NCBI GenBank assembly: GCA_049512315.1
Contig: JBEKXF010000001.1
Span: 201,340-244,809 of the forward strand
Length of the DNA: 43,470 bases
Direction: 5' to 3'
Source of the DNA: Candidatus Aminicenantales bacterium
GTDB lineage: Bacteria > Acidobacteriota > Aminicenantia > Aminicenantales > Saccharicenantaceae
The first letter of the stretch is position 1, and every line of letters begins with the position of its first letter. The position numbers and the translations under genes were made by a program. Below are positions 39,673-43,470 of the stretch, piece after piece. The notes beneath the pieces were generated by a model that saw only the letters and a program-made list of their open reading frames with translations, searched no databases and had not been told where the DNA came from.

Positions 39673-41058
39673 CTACCGGCAGGCTTTCTCGACCTCGGCC
39701 ACGGTCTTCGGGATGGGCGTCCCCAGGACCCGGCGTCCCTTCTCCGTGACCAGGACGTTGTCCTCGATCCGGACCCCGCCGAAATCCAGGAACGCTTCCG
39801 CCTTGTCGTAGACGATGAAGTCCTTGTGTTTCTTTTCCTTCTTCCAGAGAGCCATGAGGGCGGGGATGAAATAGAGGCCGGGCTCGACGGTCAGGACGTG
39901 CCCCGGCCGGAGCTCCCGGGCCATCCTCAGATAGGCCAGGCCGAACTGGCCGCTGCGCTGGACGGTCTTATCATAACCGACATGGTCCTCACCCAGGTCC
40001 TCCATGTCGTGGACGTCGAGGCCCAGGTTGTGCCCGAGGCCGTGGGGGAAGAACATGGCGTGGGCGCCCCGGGCGACGGCGTCGTCGGTGTTCCCCTTCA
40101 TCAGGCCGAGGTCCTTTAGACCGGAAGCCATGACCCGCGCCGCCTTCAGATGGACCTCCTTATACATGACGCCGGGCTTGATCGAGCGGATAGCCGTTTC
40201 CTGGCCCTCGAGGACGATCTCGTAGATGTCCTTCTGCCTTCGGCTGAACTTCCCGCCGACCGGCACGGTCCGGGTGATGTCGGACGCGTAATGGAGCCAG
40301 GATTCCGCGCCCGCGTCCATGACCAGCATCCGGCCCTTGCGGAGCTCGTTGGCATGGCTGTGCATGTGGAGGGTCTGTCCGTTGATGGTCACGATCGGGG
40401 GGAACGCCATCCGGCAGCCGAGAGCGTTGACGATCCCCTCCATGGCCCCGACGACCTCCCATTCGAAGCGGCCGGGCTTGGCCAGCTTCATCGCCGCGCG
40501 ATACATCTCCGCCGAGACGTCCAGCGCGCTCTCGATCTCCCTGACTTCCTCCTTCGACTTGATCAGCCGCTGGTCGACCACGGCCTTGATGAAGTCCCGG
40601 CAGGCCTTGGCCTTCACGTCCCCGAGGGGGATCCCGAGGAGGGCCGAGATCGCAAGGGCCGTGTCGGACCTGTAGGGCGGAAGGTAGTGGACCTTCCTCC
40701 CCGCGGCCACGGCCCTGGCCACATATTCGTCGAAGGCCTTCTTCGGGGCGGAATGCCGGACCCCGACCTGGGATGCCCGGTCCTTGAGCTTAGGCAGTTC
40801 GCCCATCCAGATGATGTCCTCCAGGCCGATGTCGTCGCCGAAAAGCCAATCCTTGTTGTCGTCGATATCGACGATCGCCGCGAGGCCGGGCGAATCCAGA
40901 CCGAAGAAATAAAGAAAGGTGCTGTCCTGGCGGAAATCATAAGTGTTGGCCGCGTAGTTCATCGGACTTTCCTCGTTGCCGAAGAAAAGAAGGAGCCCCG
41001 ACGGGACCTGCTTTTTGAGCAGCTTTCGCCTCTGGATGTAAGTCGTTTCTTTGAACAT
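39673..41058 (-). CDS. pepP: Xaa-Pro aminopeptidase (M24B)
   Basis: FRQDSTFLY, DAG, YASDITRT, HGLGH.LGLDVHD, TVEPG, GVRIED. Confidence 0.92.
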   Translation of the reverse strand: MFKETTYIQRRKLLKKQVPSGLLLFFGNEESPMNYAANTYDFRQDSTFLYFFGLDSPGLAAIVDIDDNKDWLFGDDIGLEDIIWMGELPKLKDRASQVGVRHSAPKKAFDEYVARAVAAGRKVHYLPPYRSDTALAISALLGIPLGDVKAKACRDFIKAVVDQRLIKSKEEVREIESALDVSAEMYRAAMKLAKPGRFEWEVVGAMEGIVNALGCRMAFPPIVTINGQTLHMHSHANELRKGRMLVMDAGAESWLHYASDITRTVPVGGKFSRRQKDIYEIVLEGQETAIRSIKPGVMYKEVHLKAARVMASGLKDLGLMKGNTDDAVARGAHAMFFPHGLGHNLGLDVHDMEDLGEDHVGYDKTVQRSGQFGLAYLRMARELRPGHVLTVEPGLYFIPALMALWKKEKKHKDFIVYDKAEAFLDFGGVRIEDNVLVTEKGRRVLGTPIPKTVAEVEKACR

Positions 41059-41171
41059 GTCGCCTCCTCGTTTGGCTTAAGGAATGGTATAACAGATATC
41101 CGGGGCCCGTTCAACCCCGGTCGTCTCCGAACGAACATCGGGGGGGAGATGACGGTGCCAGAAGAAAAGGC

Positions 41172-41200
41172 TTGTCAAGACGCTCCGGAAAAGTTATTTT
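41172..41200 (+). promoter_or_regulatory. Putative sigma70 promoter for purF
   Basis: TTGTCA-N17-TATTTT. Confidence 0.35.
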
Positions 41201-41264
41201 GGACGGGAGACCGGAGCCGGGTTCGAGCGCGGGTCCGGCGGAATCCTGACCGTGGAGGGATGAA

Positions 41265-42671
41265 TTGGGCGGATTTTTTGGCGTTGCCTCAAAGGATGAC
41301 TGCGTTCAGGACCTTTTTTACGGGACGGACTATCATTCCCATCTGGGGACAAAAAGAGGCGGCCTCGCCGTGTCCAACAGCGACGGAATCCTCCGCTACA
41401 TCCATAACATCGAGAACGCCCAGTTCCGGTCGAAATTCGAGGAAGATGTCCAGAAGCTCCACGGGACGAGGGGCATTGGGGTCATCAGCGACTACGAAGA
41501 CCAGCCTCTGCTCATCCGCTCCCACCTGGGGAATTTCGCCATCGTCACGGTGGGCGTCATCAAGAATATCGACCAGCTCGTCCAGAAGGCCTTCCGCCGG
41601 AACCGCCTCCACTTTTCCGAGATGCGCGGCGGGGAGATCAACCCCACCGAGGTCGTCGCCGCCCTCATCAACCAGGAAGAAACGTTCGAGGACGGCATCC
41701 GGAACGCCGGGTCGAATATCGTCGGCTCCTGTTCCATGCTGCTTTTGACCGACGAGGGGGTCATCGCCGCCCGCGACAAAAAAGGCCGGACTCCCGTCAT
41801 CATCGGGAAGAAGGCCGGATCCTTCGCCGCCGCCATGGAAACATGTGCCTTCCCCAACCTGGATTTCGAGACCGTCCGGGACCTCGGGCCCGGGGAAATC
41901 GTCCGCATCACGGCCGAAGGCGTCAAGCCCTTGGCGCCGCCGCTCCCGCAGTCCCAGATCTGCGGCTTCCTCTGGGTTTACTACGGCTATCCGGCCTCGA
42001 GCTATGAAGGTATCAACGTCGAGTCGGCCCGCAACCGGTGCGGGGCCATGCTGGCGAAAAACGACGACGCCCGGGTCGACATCGTGGCCGGGATCCCGGA
42101 CTCGGGGATCGGGCACGGCCTGGGCTACGCCGCCGCGGCCAAGATCCCGTTCCGGCGGCCATTCGTCAAGTACACACCGACCTGGGCCCGCAGCTTCATG
42201 CCTCAGAACCAGACCGTGCGGGACCTCGTGGCCCGGATGAAGCTCATCCCCATCCGGGAGAATATCGCCGGTCAGCGGCTTCTGTTCTGCGAGGATTCGA
42301 TCGTGCGAGGCACGCAGCTCAAGGACACCATCCAGCGGCTCTACGATTTCGGCGCGCTTGAGGTCCACATGAGGCCGGCCTGTCCCCCGCTCGTCTTCGC
42401 CTGTCCGTTCCTCAATTTCTCGAGGTCGAAGTCCGAGCTTGACCTTGCCGCCCGGAAAGCCATCCGGGAGCTCGAAGGTCCGGAACCCGGGGATGTCACC
42501 GAATACACCCGGGCCGGGTCGGAAAAATACCAGGCCATGGTCAAGTCCATCGCCAAGCGGCTCAACCTGACGTCCCTCAAGTACCAGAAGCTCGAGGACC
42601 TCATCGCGGCGATCGGCCTGCCCAAGGAAAAGGTCTGTACCTTCTGCTGGGACGGCGCCAATCCTCAATAA
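41265..42671 (+). CDS. purF: Amidophosphoribosyltransferase, MGGFFG type (no N-terminal catalytic Cys)
   Basis: TTG start after GGAGG; GIPDSG, RSFMP, EDSIVRGT PRPP loop, ACPP..FAC, CTFC Fe-S cysteines. Confidence 0.9.
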   Translation: MGGFFGVASKDDCVQDLFYGTDYHSHLGTKRGGLAVSNSDGILRYIHNIENAQFRSKFEEDVQKLHGTRGIGVISDYEDQPLLIRSHLGNFAIVTVGVIKNIDQLVQKAFRRNRLHFSEMRGGEINPTEVVAALINQEETFEDGIRNAGSNIVGSCSMLLLTDEGVIAARDKKGRTPVIIGKKAGSFAAAMETCAFPNLDFETVRDLGPGEIVRITAEGVKPLAPPLPQSQICGFLWVYYGYPASSYEGINVESARNRCGAMLAKNDDARVDIVAGIPDSGIGHGLGYAAAAKIPFRRPFVKYTPTWARSFMPQNQTVRDLVARMKLIPIRENIAGQRLLFCEDSIVRGTQLKDTIQRLYDFGALEVHMRPACPPLVFACPFLNFSRSKSELDLAARKAIRELEGPEPGDVTEYTRAGSEKYQAMVKSIAKRLNLTSLKYQKLEDLIAAIGLPKEKVCTFCWDGANPQ

Positions 42672-42803
42672 GATCCGAGGCCGGCCGGCACGCTGCAACC
42701 CTCCGCCAGGGCGTTTTCTTTGGCCAGAGAATTCGCCAAAATAATGCCATAATTTCGTTGCCTGGAGTGATATCATTCGTTCATCTTTTTTAGGAGGTTT
42801 AAA

Positions 42804-43106
42804 ATGGCGGAACATCCCCTGGCGACGCTCCAGAAAATTGATCCGAAAATGATGGACCACCTGAAGGACATGAACGAGCTCATCTATTGCTCCGGCGCGC
42901 TCCCGAAGAAGGTCAAGCTGCTCATGGCCATGGCCTTTGACGCGGCCCACGGTGCGGATCTCGGCGTCAGAGCCCTGGCCCTGGCGGCGATGAAAGAAGG
43001 CGCCACAAAAGAGGAAATCGCGGAAGCCCTCCGGGTCGCCTATCACCTGTCCGGCGTGGGAACGCTCTACACGGCGTCGAGCGGCCTCCGGGACATCGTG
43101 GGATAG
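42804..43106 (+). CDS. Carboxymuconolactone decarboxylase (CMD/AhpD-like) family protein
   Basis: GALPKKVKLL.A, A...GATKEEIAEAL; SD TAGGAGG; no CxxC. Confidence 0.85.
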   Translation: MAEHPLATLQKIDPKMMDHLKDMNELIYCSGALPKKVKLLMAMAFDAAHGADLGVRALALAAMKEGATKEEIAEALRVAYHLSGVGTLYTASSGLRDIVG

Positions 43107-43189
43107 ATAGGGCAAGACCGCGATCCTATGGCCGAGAGTCTTGTTCGTTGAGGAGGGGATTGTTGGGGCAAAAAAAATAGTAGCGGGGG

Positions 43190-43470
43190 TGCTTGACGTC
43201 AGCGAGATTCGGACAGGGATTGATTTCTCCTAAGCTATGGTTTCCAATAACAAAACCATACGAGGAGGAATGAATGACAGGGAAACAGGGAAGCTTACCC
43301 GAATCGATTGTCCGGGAGATCAAGCGACAGACCCGCCGGAAGTTCACGGCCGAGGAAAAGATCCGGATCGTCCTCGAGGGCCTGCGGGGCGAGGCCGGCA
43401 TCTCGGACCTCTGCCGGAAGGAAGACATCCATCCCACGATGTACTACAAGTGGAGCAAGGCGTTCCTCGA
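43190..43470 (+). mobile_element. IS3-family insertion sequence, left end (truncated by the window)
   Basis: Candidate IRL starting TG (TGCTTGACGTCAGCGAGATTCGGACA) followed by an OrfA transposase; the exact end cannot be confirmed without the right IR. Confidence 0.7.
43274..43470 (+). CDS. IS3-family transposase OrfA (HTH), partial
   Basis: Translated by hand: MTGKQGSLPESIVREIKRQTRRKFTAEEKIRIVLEGLRGEAGISDLCRKEDIHPTMYYKWSKAFL...; SD GAGGAGG. Confidence 0.9.
   Translation, partial: MTGKQGSLPESIVREIKRQTRRKFTAEEKIRIVLEGLRGEAGISDLCRKEDIHPTMYYKWSKAFL

Noticed and set aside
39665..39685. ops-like GCCGGTAG upstream of the RfaH-like gene
   Set aside because: It is an imperfect match and is simply the last codons and stop of pepP.
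41289..43115. 608-aa minus-strand ORF (and the 532-aa ORF at 40150-41748)
   Set aside because: These are antisense shadows of purF/CMD and pepP.
43126..43437. 103-aa minus-strand ORF
   Set aside because: It is antisense to the IS3 OrfA transposase.
1..43470. CRISPR arrays, complete tRNA/rRNA genes, defence or prophage modules
   Set aside because: No regularly spaced repeats, cloverleaf-forming genes, or phage/defence domain proteins were seen. Nearly all sequence is explained by housekeeping CDSs.

Overview
GC-rich bacterial chromosomal segment, almost entirely housekeeping and metabolic genes. The gene styles suggest an anaerobic peptide-fermenting lineage such as Ca. Aminicenantes/Acidobacteriota, but that is inference only. 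Contents in order: a stand-alone LigD 3'-phosphoesterase; a split purine-ring-closure pair (PurO-type IMP cyclohydrolase plus AICAR-transformylase-only PurH); LOG protein; RlpA; Tat-exported asparaginase-2 enzyme; MFS transporter; secreted GH63/MGH1-like hydrolase; M20 peptidase; class-V aminotransferase plus SerA-like dehydrogenase; IscS; DUF4416; asnS-rimO-pgpA-cinA-thpR-plsY-gpsA-TPR; metK-ahcY; an exported M16 pair followed by FTCD; znuACB-like ABC transporter; pepD; ridA; FmdB zinc ribbon; hydantoinase/oxoprolinase A+B; GHL10 hydrolase; an orphan RfaH-like NusG paralogue; pepP; a Cys-less PurF; CMD protein; and the left end of an IS3-family element at the right edge. No CRISPR array, rRNA or complete tRNA was seen, and I found no clearly novel multi-gene system. 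The most notable observations are (1) an apparently catalytically dead exported M16 heterodimer (HxxEH changed to YxxEN) translationally coupled to FTCD, (2) non-canonical purine enzymes, (3) a RidA with a possible alternative Tat-signal start, and (4) an IS3 end abutting a sequence resembling a tRNA-iMet 3' end.
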